Part shown: in pieces, positions 37,646-50,347 of the stretch
Layout: every line of letters starts with the position of its first letter
Position numbering within the stretch: position 1 is the first letter of the stretch
Origin: Vairimorpha necatrix
Taxonomy: Eukaryota
Length of the DNA stretch: 64,000 nucleotides
Assembly (NCBI GenBank): GCA_036630325.1
Contig: CP142733.1
Coordinates: 124,001 to 188,000 of the forward strand
Direction: 5' to 3'
Translations under genes and position numbers: made by a program
Notes under the pieces: generated by a model
Seen by the model: the letters and a program-made list of their open reading frames with translations, nothing else
The model's database searches: none
Told to the model about the DNA's origin: nothing

Positions 37646-38530
37646 ATGGCTAAAATCAGCATTAATGGAAAAAAACTAGGGGGCAAAATTTTTAAAAATT
37701 TGCATTTTTTTTTTAAAAAAAGGAATTCTGAGCAATGAAGAGATACAAGATTTTTACGAAAGTCTACTAAACAAGAAATATAAGCTGAAACGTTCAATTC
37801 AGGTTGGTACATAGATAAAGCATCAAACGAAACTTCATTTAAGATGCAAGTACAGATTTTCAATTTGCCATAACAACTATTTTTCAAATAGTAAGATAGA
37901 TCGTCTACTTATGTTGGAACTTGATAGTTTGTGGATATTGGGACTTAAAATAGCGCAATTTTCAAGAATTTTGGATTATAATGTACAAAACATAAGTTAC
38001 AACTTAGGCAAATTATATAAATTAAAAACTATTGACACTTATTTGAATTTTCTAGAACAGATAGGAGGCCAGGAAATCATTGTAGAAATAGACGAAAGCA
38101 AAATGATTAAGAATAAATACCATAGGGAAGATATATTAAAGGTTTTTGGTGTTTCGGCATGGTGGAAAGAACAAAAGAAATATAGTTTTTGTGATTATGA
38201 AAAAAACAAGGATACATGCTTCCGTTCTTATTCAAGCACGATAATTTTAGATCCGTCATTTATTCTGATATGTGGAAAGCATATGGTAATTTGAAGGACT
38301 ATTATAGGATCATAAAACTGTGAATCATAGTCAAACATCTAGAAATAATGAAACTTGTATCCATACAAACACCATTGAAAAAAATTGGAGGTCATTAAAA
38401 GCCTTTATGCCCGATAGGTGTAGGACATATGACCTTGCAGATATATATTTGACTCTCTATATGATTAGTAGGAATGAGATAAGACTACCTTCGAAACATT
38501 ATTAAAATTATGTTACTAATATTTTATATT
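37646..38530 (+). mobile_element. Degenerate Merlin/IS1016 (IS1595-family DDE) transposon remnant
   Basis: Fragments IGGQEIIVEIDESK, YSDMWKAY and VNHS...HTNTIEKNWRSLK. A ggctaaa-type end lies at ~37648; no right TIR found. Confidence 0.75.
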
Positions 38531-38610
38531 TATTAGAATCTTATTTTAATAAACATTTTTATATGCATATTCAGTTTGGGGTTTTTTTGGAAGTTTTCTT
38601 TTCCTTTTAA

Positions 38611-40618
38611 GGAGCCCTTAGCCCAGAGGTAGAAGGCAATGCTTCCATTGAGCAATGTCTGGGTTCGATTCCAAGGGGCACCAAAATTGTTTCTACTTTC
38701 GGCGCTACTTTATTTTCTTGCCCCCCTAGAAAAAAAAATTATTTAGAAGAAATTTTTTTTATTCCAACTTACACAGTTCTAAAATTACTATATAAGCACA
38801 CCTATGAACATCATTATTAGAATGATTGATATTTCTTTTTTTCCAAGCAAATTCTTTTAGAAATAAATTTATCCTATGCCTTTTAAGCCCACTTCTCGAT
38901 CTATATTCATTCTTCAAATGGGACCACAAATTTTTTATATTATTTGTGTGGTCTCCTTCTGCATTTATAAATCCAAGCGAATGATTTACTATGTAATGTT
39001 CACTCCCAAAATTTCTAGAGGCTGAAGGGTATGAAGGGTATCCATCAGTAATTATAATAGAGCCACGTTTTACTCTGCGTTTAAAAAAGTCTTCAATAGT
39101 ACTAGATTGTCGATTCGGTAGCAATTCAAGAATAAATTCTCCACAATTACCTTCTAATATGCCGCCCATAATCCATTGAATTCCAGTCATGGAATCCAAA
39201 GTTAATGAAGGATTGGATACAATTACCCCGTTGCATATAGCGGTTTCATCAAATTGTACACGAACAGAAGTTCCACCATTTTGGTAGCTATCATCGCTTT
39301 TAGAAGCAATGATCTCCATCACTGTATCCTTGATTTTAATATATGAATTTTCACATATTTTGCAAAGATCTATCGCTTGTTAAGTAGTATAATTAAATAC
39401 CCAGCAATAGAGTGTTCTAAGGATTTTGTGAAATGGAACGCTTATCCTCTTAACATCGTACCATTTTTAAGTGAGCTCTTCGAACTACACTTTTTATTAA
39501 CACAACGATAAGCTTTGCCGTCAATGTAGCCGGAACATCAACAAATGTTCACATGAACAGTTCGTTCTGATGTCGAACAATGTCTGCAAGCAATCGATCT
39601 TTTTAGAAGACCATTATCTAAAAAAAATCAATTGTTGCTTCATTGTTCCTAAAGCACGCATCTTCGCAGATATTTAGCTCTCGAATAGCCTCCTGCAGAT
39701 TCCTCATTAGGGGGTTTAAAAATTTTAATTTTTTAACCCCTTTATGAGGAATCTGAAGGAGGCATTTAAAAATTCTCAAATCGACAAAAAATACCTTAAC
39801 TTCATTTTCTTGCCCCCCTCAAAAAAAAATGTTTAGATTTGAAAAATAACACCATTTTGTATCTTTTTATTGATGTTTTTTTAGGGGGGCAAGAAAATGA
39901 AGTAGAGCCCTACTTTCTATGATGCAGTTGGAACAACTCAGAAGAAGAAAATGTCCACGATAATCATTAAGTTGATTCAATGAAACTTGTGTGTGTCCAG
40001 CCACAAGGAAATTAGCATCTAGTGTAGAAACGCACCTCAAGGCTAAAAAACAGTATCATCCCTGTGGTGATTTAATGATACATAAAAGTATCTAATGAGT
40101 ACGGCCTAGTTGGAGCCTATGGCTGGTGCACTCTAGAGTGGGATCCTAGAGATAACTAAGAGACTAGACGAAGTGGGGCAATAGAAGGTCTCGTGGACTC
40201 TATCCTACATGATTTTGTAACACGGTGGCCGAAACTAGTGGGAGACTGGTGGTCAACGCAGCCCAATAAAAACGCAGACTGGGGATGTGGTCGTGTAAGG
40301 AGCCGTGTGTGCAAAACAGATGATTGTAGGGACCTTTGAGTCAGTACGATGATGTCTCTCCTCGGGTTATAGATAACCATGCCCGTTCAGTATATCCGCT
40401 GCGAGGTCACTCTATACGCGATTTGAGGTATAAATGGAAAGTGTTCTCCTGGAGCCAAATTCCAATGGATACGGCGGAGCTTGCTGCACCGGCAAGTTGT
40501 ATGGAGGAATTTTTAGTGAGTAAGAATCTCACAGTACCAGTTAGATGAGGATCACACCCAAACCCCTCTGGCCCCTATGTAAGGTTTCTCCCTACCTCTT
40601 ACTTGCAAGAAAAAAAAC
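38611..40618 (+). mobile_element. tRNA-headed SINE-like element, copy D, split by a Merlin insertion
   Basis: Head 38611-38700 with A-box tagcccagagg (38619-38629) and B-box ggttcgattcc (38662-38672). Body resumes at 39910 and ends in an A-tail at ~40610. Confidence 0.9.
38701..39909 (-). mobile_element. Merlin/IS1016 transposon with 8-bp TSD
   Basis: TIRs ggcgctactttattttcttgcccccc and its near reverse complement; TSD ctactttc (38693-38700 and 39910-39917). Transposase pseudogene 39707-38759 (VQFDET, IITDGYPSY, VNHS, HTNNIKNLW). Confidence 0.92.
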
Positions 40619-41965
40619 AAAAAAAGATATAAAAACATTTGGTTTTCTTGCGCATGAATTATTTGGACAAAAAATCATCCGCTTACTAAAAAATTATTCT
40701 TTGATATTAGCATTACGAATAAATACGGGCAAATTTTTCTTTCTGCAATTACCCCAATTTAGAAATTTAAGTAATAATGAAAATGGGGGAAAAAAAACAA
40801 CAAAAATAATAAAGTAAAAAACTAAACGTAAATAAATCAGAGAGACCAAAAGCAAAGCGAATATAACGTTTAAAAAACAAAGAGGTAGTTAAATGAACTT
40901 GGATCGCCCTTGCTAGTAATTTATAGTTTTGATTTTTAGTAAGTTCTTGAAAAAAAAATATTATTATAAGTGTAAAACAATAAATTATAATTACAAAAAC
41001 ATTCGAAACTAAAATATTATAGATATTTGAATCACGACTTTAATAAGAACTATAACAATAAATTTGAGTTTTCGATAAAAAATGCAAGCTTAAATATAAA
41101 TAATATTGTTGGATAACTGTAAATAGAGATAATATTATTAAATGCCCCTTATGTCTACTATTCTCAACAAATATTTATTTTTGAAATTGTATTAATAGAA
41201 TGAGACACAAAATTATGATTGTTTTCATTATTTTAAAATTCACAAAATTTAATTAAGGAACTAAAAATGGGTTATAGATAGATTATAAATTTGCTTTACG
41301 GAGGTTGTCTATAGAAAAATTCTAATGATTTGAAAACATTATTGTTTACATGACTATTTATACATTTTGGATTTTTAGAATATTTATGAATAAATTATCA
41401 CATGATTCCTCTTTGCAATTTCGGCCTTCCGTTTGACGAGTGCAACACGTCCTATTTTAGAATAATTGATACTTTTATGATATAATAAATTAAATCATAA
41501 AATTAAAAAGTTATAACGCAATAAATAAATATGGTGTTCAATATATTATTTTTCTTTTTTATAATTAGATGACTAGTAGTATGCCTTTTCGTTTTAAAAA
41601 CGGGGTTTATAGATCATATTTTATAATATGTATCTTATTTATTTTTTAAGTTTCATTTTTGTGAAGTAAGAATTAAAGAGAAAGAAAAAAAATGATTTTA
41701 AACAAAAAAATACTTTTTAATATGTCTTATTAATGTAATGTCGTTTAAAGCAATTTTGAATTCTAAAAGATAATTTCAGATAATTTTTATATACAGACTC
41801 GGGTTCTTACTTTTAAAAATTTTGATCTTAAACACCGTTGCAGTTTTTTGTGCAAAGGTTAAATAAATCCCCAAAACGACTCTGACGATATTTCGGAACT
41901 AAGTTTTGCAAAAATAATAATTAAATTACAATAAATTTATGTATAGTACACCTCTTAAAAATTGC

Positions 41966-42979
41966 GGCTAAAGTAAACATTAGCTACAAAAAATCGATAT
42001 AGGTTTTTTTTTTGTTTTTTGCCCCTAATTTTATAAAATGGAGGAAAGAAGATGATGAGGAAGGAACAAACATAAAAAGTAGAATAAATATATTAATAGA
42101 GCTTCAAATAATGTAGTAATGGTGTCTCTGTATTATATACGTAAATATATAAAGTTTAGCGTTATTAGATGATCTGTTTATATTTGGTATAGACTTTTTT
42201 AGATATCTCCAATTACTTTCTACAATATAGGTATGTAGTCCTGTATCCATCATTCTAAAATGTAAAATATGATATATAATACGATGTTGGCTAAATATTG
42301 TGTTAAAAGAATTGTGTGCTCTCCACATATCGCTATATATAGTACTGCTTCTAAAACAAGTAACAGAAGAAGTTTAGTAAGTGTACTTTTATCTCTTTTC
42401 TCAATATAAACTACTATAATTCTACGTTGTATGGTACGTTCTTACATTCCGAAACACCAAAAAATCCTTTTACTAACTTCAATCTATTATATTTGTTCTT
42501 CCCGATCTTAGTCTCATCAATTTCCACTATGATATTATCACCTCCAATATTCCTTAAAATAGATAAATACTTATCATAAATACACATTTCTATTAACTTT
42601 TTAGCAGGTTAGCTGTAAAAATTTAGTACAACCCAAAACTTGAGAAATGGACTTACGTGGATGACCAAGAATCCACATATTTAGTATTTGCAATATTTTA
42701 ATGTGATTAGGCCCAGAATCCCGAAAGAAGGGTCCATTTCGAATTTTAATGTTTTTTTATATGAGCTCCAAGGACAACTTATAAGACTTCTATTTTCTTT
42801 CTTTGTTTTTTTGCCATTACACACGCTACATTTTTTATTTTATTTTTTAATTATCGGATCATTAATAATGATCTTTAATTCTTCTCTTTATCGAATTCGT
42901 TCCTCCATTTTATGAAAAAAGAACAAAAAAAATAAAAAAACCCTATATCGACTTTTTGTAGCTAATGTTTACTTTAGCC
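41966..42979 (-). mobile_element. Merlin-type transposon, long-TIR family, copy 1 (decayed)
   Basis: ~85 bp TIRs starting ggctaaagtaa; 5-bp TSD attgc (41961-41965 and 42980-42984); fragments IVEIDETKIG, SDMWRA, HTYIVESNW. Confidence 0.9.
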
Positions 42980-43435
42980 ATTGCAGCTAAAGTAAAGCTA
43001 TAAATCTGTATTTAATATAAAAATTACACAAAAAGTCCGAATTGTGACATTAGAAAATTTATAAATAATAAAAAAGAGGTGGGAAATAAACAGCCTTCTT
43101 TATTGAAAGATTATAAAATTTAAATGACGTTGCATTTAAGTTCATAGTGTGAATCAGTTCTGCGTTCATCATGACAACATCATTCTTTAGAATATTTTAA
43201 CATAGTAATTTCATTTTGTTTGAGTTTACAATGAGAATTAGTTTTGGATATTATCATGATAATTTTTTTCTAGAAAATTATTTAACAAGCAGTCTCAGTT
43301 TAACCAAGATCTATCTAAACATAACCCCCAGCAGATAATATTAATGGACCCCATAGAACAAAACATCTTTTGATTTCAAATATTAGATTAAACAACAAAA
43401 AATTGTCACTTTTTCGCATATTTTATTGAATTTAT

Positions 43436-44454
43436 TGCTAAAGTAAGCATTAGCTACAAAAAATCGATATAGAGTTTTTTTGTTTTTTTTTGCCCCTTTT
43501 TTTAAAAAATGGAGGAAAGAAAATGATGAGGAAGGAACAAAAATAAAAACTAGAATAAATATTTTAATAAATCTTCAAACACAGGAGTTGTGGAGTTTCT
43601 TTGGATCATATATCTAAATAAATAAAGTTTAGTACTATTCGATGATCTGTTTCTATTTGGTATAGAATGGTTTTGAGATAACCAAGTACTTTCTATGGTA
43701 TTGGTATGTACTCCTGTATTCGGATCTCTAAAATGTAATGTATGATTAGCCATATGATGTTGGTTAAATATTGTATTTAAAGAATGATACGCTCTCCACA
43801 TATCGCTATATACAATACTGCTTCTACTTACATATTTTAAAAGAAGTTCAGTAAGTGTTCTTTTGTCTTTTTTCTTAATATATACTACTATGATTCTACG
43901 TTGGATGGTACGTTCAACCATTCCAAAACACCAAAATCCTTTTACTAACTTCCCCTGTTGTATTTATTCTTCCCAATCTTAGTCTCATCAATTTCCACTA
44001 TAGTATTATCGCCTCCAAGAGTCACTATACTAGATAAATACTTATCATAAAGACTCATTTCTTTTACTTTTTTAGCACGAAAGATATAGAAGGTTTAGTA
44101 CAACCTAAAACATGAGAAATGGACTTACGCGAATAACCTAGAATCAATATATTTAGTATTTGTAATATTGTACTGTAATTTAGCCTAGGATCCTGAAAGA
44201 AAGTTTCATTCCAAATTGAAGTTGTGTGTTTACATGAGCTCCATGGACACCTTATACACTTCTTTGCTCCACTCCTTGCTTCGTTTTTCGGTTACAGACG
44301 CTACAAATTTTATTTTGTTTCTTAATTATTAGATCATTATATATGATCTCCAATTATTCTCTTGTCCGAATTCTTTCCTCCATTTTTAAAAAAAAGGGGC
44401 AAAAAAACAAAAAAACCCAATATCGATTTTTTGTAGCTAATGCTTACTTTAGCC
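43436..44454 (-). mobile_element. Merlin-type transposon, long-TIR family, copy 2 (decayed)
   Basis: Same TIRs; 5-bp TSD tttat (43431-43435 and 44455-44459); ORF 43550-43921 MVERT...YSDMWRAY...HTNTIESTW. Confidence 0.9.
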
Positions 44455-45103
44455 TTTATGGCTATTTTCAAGCACAATCTATTACTATGTTCACAATTCT
44501 CGTAAGTACAGTGGTTGAATGTGTGCTAAGTGTTTTTATTCTCTGAAATATCCAGTATTTAGATTTTTTTTTCAACAAGAGCACTTTTTGTTACTCTGGC
44601 AATGTATGCTCGAAAGTGGGACTCAAGGAAAGGGAGTTTCATGCCAAAAAAACATATAAATAAAAAATAAAAACCATGTTCGCCAATATTAACACAGAGG
44701 TTATGAAGTTTTATTTGTACATCGTACTAATTAATGTTTGTTAATTATTTCATCTGGTCCGTATATTGATTTAATTTTAGTTGTGGTTTAATAAAGATCA
44801 ATATTACTGTATCGCTATATAAAAAATGATAATTTTCAATGTTATTTAATGATATATTTATATTCTTAACCAACATATTTTGTTGACATTTTGTTAAGTC
44901 GTATAAATAAATTTTTTTTTTCATCTACTAAGTTGACAGGCCACTTGAATTGCAAAAATAAATTTGTAAAAGTTTTAATTTAAAAAACAAATTGTAGAAG
45001 TAATATCTAAAAATTACAATCATGAAGAAATTTTGATTTTAATTAAAATCCACATGAGCAAATAGATAAAGACAAAATTTTATTGTTCAAAAAAAAACAT
45101 CCC

Positions 45104-45990
45104 ATGATTTTGTTTTTATCTTTGTTAAGATGTTCTTATCATGAAAATCTTGCTAATGAGCAAAATATGCAATCAATTAATCGAATAAATATTGATAATG
45201 ATATTTTGGCGATATCCCCAGAGATATCTAATGAAATTTCAAATTACGATATCGATGCAACACTAGAGACTTTGCTTAATCAACAAAATGTTATGAATTT
45301 TACAAGATTTCATGTTAATATTATTGAGAACAATCAAGAGCTAGATTTTAAGCTAAATGAGGAGAATTATAACAATGTTGAAAAATGTATAGATCTACAA
45401 TATAGAGAATTTAGAGATAGATTTAAATATATTAAGGATGTTTATGAAAAATTTTCTCAAAATACAATTGATCCTAAAGGTATTTTTTACACCATTGATG
45501 ATTATAAAAAATCTTGTGGAACAGAGATTTTTTAAATAGTATATGCAAAAATTATAGCGACGAAGTGTACTATCTTGCAATGATTATCAAAGATAAGCTC
45601 TTTCAAATAGAGCCGAAAGAAAATCAAATAATAATTAATATCATAAACTTAATTATCGACGTTTTTGATTTTTATCTGCCTAAACCCCATTATTTGGATA
45701 TATATTTAAGTTCAATAGAGTTGCAATATTTTTACGGGATAGATCACTGGAAAATAATGGAAGTAGACAACAAAATAAATTTATTAAGTCTGATAGAATT
45801 CATTACTTCTTATTACGAAAATAAAATACGTTATAAAGAAAAAAATTTTGCAACAGAAAACGAAATACAGAAGAATTTGATGAAATTTAAGAAAATAGTT
45901 GAAGGCTTTGATATGCAGAAATATGACTTTTGTTCTCGTATATATGAAATGTTCGAGATAATTGAAGAAAATAAAGATAAAGCAGAATAA
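45104..45990 (+). pseudogene. Secreted-protein family member 2 (single frameshift)
   Basis: CCC-ATG start MILFLSLLRCS. The two ORFs join at the A-run in gattataaaaaatcttg (~45505). Motifs shared with the 48.6 kb gene. Confidence 0.75.
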
Positions 45991-48597
45991 ATAAAATTCT
46001 AATTACAAAAAAATCTTTTAATAAAAAATTTAAACACGAAAATGGGCAAATTCAAAATGGGGATTTAGTTAATTTTTTGTAATATAATTTCTAAAATTTT
46101 TAGAAATAATAGGTAAAACTTAATATAAGTTTTACACAACAAAACATGGATTTCTTACGATAGATATCGTTATTCTTAAATACTCGTTTAAATTTTTTAT
46201 AGTAATATGGTTTTTCTTATACAAAATAAAATTTAGGATCCAGACAACATCAATACAATTGTACCATTTCATATATATATTTTATATCATTTTAAAAATG
46301 ATAAAACGTATTTTGTTTTCTTGGGTTCGAGTAAGTGATATAAATGCCCATTAAATAATAAGTTGTTTTGTATATGTTTTTTAATTAGATCAAATTAGGG
46401 CTAGAATATTTGTTGCGTTCCTAGTTATATTTTAAAATGAAATACAGAAGCATTAAAACATTTTTACAGTTTTACTCTTTTTTATATAAAAAGCAGAGAG
46501 AATATCAAAGCAGGAACAACAGAAATAAAAAATTGCTATTTTCATCCTACCTTAACTGTATGTACGATACTTGCTTATAACCCCCGATATTAAAATTTGT
46601 GTATGGAAATGCTTTTCATCATATTAGATTTGGAATGAAAAAACTCGTGCATCGTTATGTAAAAAACACATTCTATATGTTTTTCAATATGATATAGAGC
46701 TTCAATCGGATTAATTCACAAAATTATATGTTAAAATTTTAAGATTACTATTATTATCTGTATTACGTACACGTCTCATTGTACAAATACATTATAGCCC
46801 TGTACCTAATAGACGTAAAAGTCTAATGTTCTAATTACATTTTAGAATAACATTACTTTGTAGTATAAAAACAACGAAGATCTCCATGGACTGTGTCTGA
46901 TCTCTTGAATCGGCTCAAAGCATACTTTAAAATAGAAAAGGACATAAAACACTTTGCCTAAGATCATATGTTTTATTAATAGACGTAATTCAAAAGTATT
47001 CTTCTAATGTGCTTTTATAATAAAAATACATTTTCTTGTGAATAATTTGGTATCAGAAGAAAATCTCAGTTTTATATAGACATATCCAAATATTTAAAAA
47101 GATCAAGTATGCGTTTTAAAATAGAAAAAGAGAATTTGTGAGCAGTTTTACAAGACCCTTAATTATCAACTAAATGACTCTGACATGGAGCATAATATTT
47201 TAATGTTTGTATATTAGAAATAAAAAAAAACAAAATGGAAGTTTTTTTAAATTTTTTGAATATACAAGTTTTGTTTTTTTTCGTATTTTAAAACTGCTTG
47301 TAATAAATTTCGTCTCTGTATGCCCTAAAAGCATATATAACTAACCTTCAATAATGTAGTAAAGGTTTGTTAATTGGCAAATGTCATATGTAAAGGCTCG
47401 TATAACGATTTTATACAAAATATTTGCTAACAACTTAATGTTTGCAGGCCCAATTTCAAAATATGATTTTTTTGAATGCTATTACAATTTACATAAAAAA
47501 TATATTTTCATGTCTTTTTACATTTTCAATATGCTTAAAATGTAGAATTTTGAAATTATTTTTAGTGACTAAAATCATAAAATTGCTTTAGACCAATTCC
47601 TCTACGTAAATATCCTTCTATATCTTGATAAACCATTAAAAAAATATACTAATATAACTTTTGAATACTTTACATATGCATGCGAAAGATCCACTTATCA
47701 AAAGCATAATTGACCGTGAAAATCTTGTATGTTTGCGATGTATTTTCATAAAATACTGAATATTTATGTATAAATACGGAACAAGTACAGTACTTGTTTC
47801 CTCACATTTTTTTATATGTATTATGCAATTTATATTATCTGAATTCTTTTTAACGAATTTTTACAGTTTTGAATTTGAAGTGATATATTTATATTTTCAA
47901 TTATATTAACAATAGATAATATACTTATATAAGACATTTATTAGAATGATATTTGTCATGGTCTTAATTAAAATGCTGTTTTTCCAGTATATCTTGTATT
48001 TTTTAGGAATTTAGAAACTTAGATATTTTCTGTTTTGTAACGTCTACTAAATGTTTTTAAAAAAATTAATAATTAAATCATTTAAGAAAAATAGCATTAA
48101 AACATAAATTTTATTGAGCACAACAAAAAGAATTAATGTCAAAATTGAAATTGTGTTTTAGCATAGTTTAAAGCTGTAAAACACAAGGAAAAAAATATCA
48201 TATATTATTGGTCAATAGATGAAAAAAAAGGACTGTAGTGTGTTACACGCCCTTCTATCAATTCTATATTTTAATATATATAAATATGAAGAAAACATAT
48301 TTTTTGTTATAATATAAATCTATAAACGTGATTGTTTTTATGCAAGAACATCACGACGGTGTCCATAAAAATAAATAAGACAAATTTAGCTGCATAAATA
48401 AATACGCGGCTGTTCTAAATCTACCATGCTTTTTTAAAGTAAAAAAGTACTACACAATTTTTTAATTGTGTTTAAGCTTTAAAAATTATTTGAAATTTTT
48501 ATAGATTCGATTTACCTTTTTTACTAACATGAAACCTCCTTAGAACAAGGCGTCATGTCAGACAATATATTTTATTTTTAAAAAAATTCAAATCAAA

Positions 48598-49512
48598 TTA
48601 TTCATTTATTATTGCTGAATTTTGATTGGTTACTTTTTCACCTCTTTCGATTGTCCTACATATAGTTTGCATAAGTTTATACAATTCATCTTTTTGTTTA
48701 AAAAAGTCTTTAAAGTTTTTTTGCAAGTTTTTTAAATCGAAAGCAATTTCTACTTCGTTTTTATTTTTGTAACTGACGTTTATATTTATATCATAGTAAT
48801 AATAAACTAATCCGATTATCCTTGGTATATCTATATTATTAGTTATTTCTTGCACCTTCCAAAAATTTGCATCTTGATAACATTGCAACTCTATCGATTC
48901 TAATATAATATCAAAATGCTTTGGTTTTGGTAACACAAAATCACTTATAATAGTTATTAACTTCATGAAATTAATAATTTTTTGAATTACAGGAGACTTA
49001 ATTTGTTTAAGTTTTAGTTCAATTGTTGTTGCAAGCTTGTAAATACTATCTTGATATTTTTCTAATTTAAGGTTTAAACTTTCTTGGTTCTGTTTGATAA
49101 TTTTATAATCTTCAACACAATATTTAACAATTTTGCTTGTTTCTGGCTTCTGTAATATCATTCCATGGTTGTCTCTAAAGCTTGAAAATTTTTCAGTTAC
49201 TTCGTTATATTGTAGATTCATGAGGTTATTAATTTCATCAGTGTCTTCCCCATTGAACAAATTCAAATAAATTACCCTCTTATAACCAGATATAGGTGGG
49301 TTATTGGGTTCCAAGTGTTCTTTCTCTTGCAAACTCTTGGGTGTTTTTTCCATGTTAAAATCGATAACATTTTTTGATATTTCATTCATTTCTTCCGCTA
49401 TCGCCATGGTAATATCATTTTCTGTTTCCATCCTGAAATTACATTGTATATTTTGTTCATATGTATGGTAATAGAGATCAGTACATACTATTAATGAAAT
49501 AAATAAAATCAT
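48598..49512 (-). CDS. Secreted-protein family member 3 (intact, ~304 aa)
   Basis: CCC-ATG start MILFISLIVCT; uninterrupted ORF with VEDYK and DFVLPKPKHFDIILESIELQ. Confidence 0.8.
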   Translation of the reverse strand: MILFISLIVCTDLYYHTYEQNIQCNFRMETENDITMAIAEEMNEISKNVIDFNMEKTPKSLQEKEHLEPNNPPISGYKRVIYLNLFNGEDTDEINNLMNLQYNEVTEKFSSFRDNHGMILQKPETSKIVKYCVEDYKIIKQNQESLNLKLEKYQDSIYKLATTIELKLKQIKSPVIQKIINFMKLITIISDFVLPKPKHFDIILESIELQCYQDANFWKVQEITNNIDIPRIIGLVYYYYDININVSYKNKNEVEIAFDLKNLQKNFKDFFKQKDELYKLMQTICRTIERGEKVTNQNSAIINE

Positions 49513-50149
49513 GGGTTCTTTTTCTGAGCTTCTTATATACATTTATTTTTAAATTTTTAATTTTGAATAGATTCGTTTTAATATAGAAAATAAGATATAT
49601 AATGATATGTAATTATTTGTAAAATTTTTTTGGTATGTCAATTATTTTATTATGTCAAAAACATTCGTCATTTTTTTCAAGTAAATATCGATACATGTCA
49701 AAAAAATTTAATAAAAAGAATATTTATTTTTTAAACACAATGTACTAAGCAACGCTGTAAAGATTATTTTTTTTTATAAATGTCAAACGTTTTAATTTTG
49801 TAAAATTTTACATATCATAAAAATTCAGTTTTCATGGTTATAAAACGTACTTGCTTTTTTCATTTTTTACAGTGAATTTTTACAGTCATTTTTTGACCTT
49901 TGTATTGCAATGATCGGAGCTTTAATTTTTCTTTTATTTGACTTATCATTACTGTACATATTCTTTTTGAGATCATCCTAAGCATAAATTTTTGTAATTC
50001 ATACTTATACCTTACAAATAAATAAATTTTGTTGTGCTATAAAAATCTGTACATGAGTAGACACATTATAATACTATTATTTTTCTATTATTATATAAAT
50101 TGTGTATTTCGTATGCATCCTATAACAAATGCATTTTGATTGTTTTTTA

Positions 50150-50347
50150 GCGTGGCCCGTAACTTTGCGGTCGATGGCGTTATGACTTACATAAAAAATC
50201 CAGCCTCAGTTCTGACAGGCATCATAAATTTTTCTAAAAATACAATGTCTCAACGTTATATTTAGGTTGATTAATGAAACTTGTGTGGTGACCTGCCAAA
50301 ATAAATTTCCGACTCATTGAAAAACGTACCTTAAGGTCAGAAATGCC
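50150..50347 (+). mobile_element. Truncated, old copy E of the tRNA-headed element
   Basis: gttgattaatgaaacttgtgtg...aaacgtaccttaagg matches the 5' domain of the family. Confidence 0.5.

Noticed and set aside
38611-38683. Functional tRNA gene
   Set aside because: The acceptor, anticodon and T stems have mismatches, the anticodon loop varies between copies, and it is fused to the repeat body.
40092-40254. Hammerhead ribozyme (ctaatgag ... gaaactagt/actggt)
   Set aside because: The core halves are far apart, CUGAUGA is not conserved and the cleavage triplet would be GUG.
40300-40340. Group II intron domain V (gagccgtgtg)
   Set aside because: There is no complementary acggttc arm and no intron boundaries.
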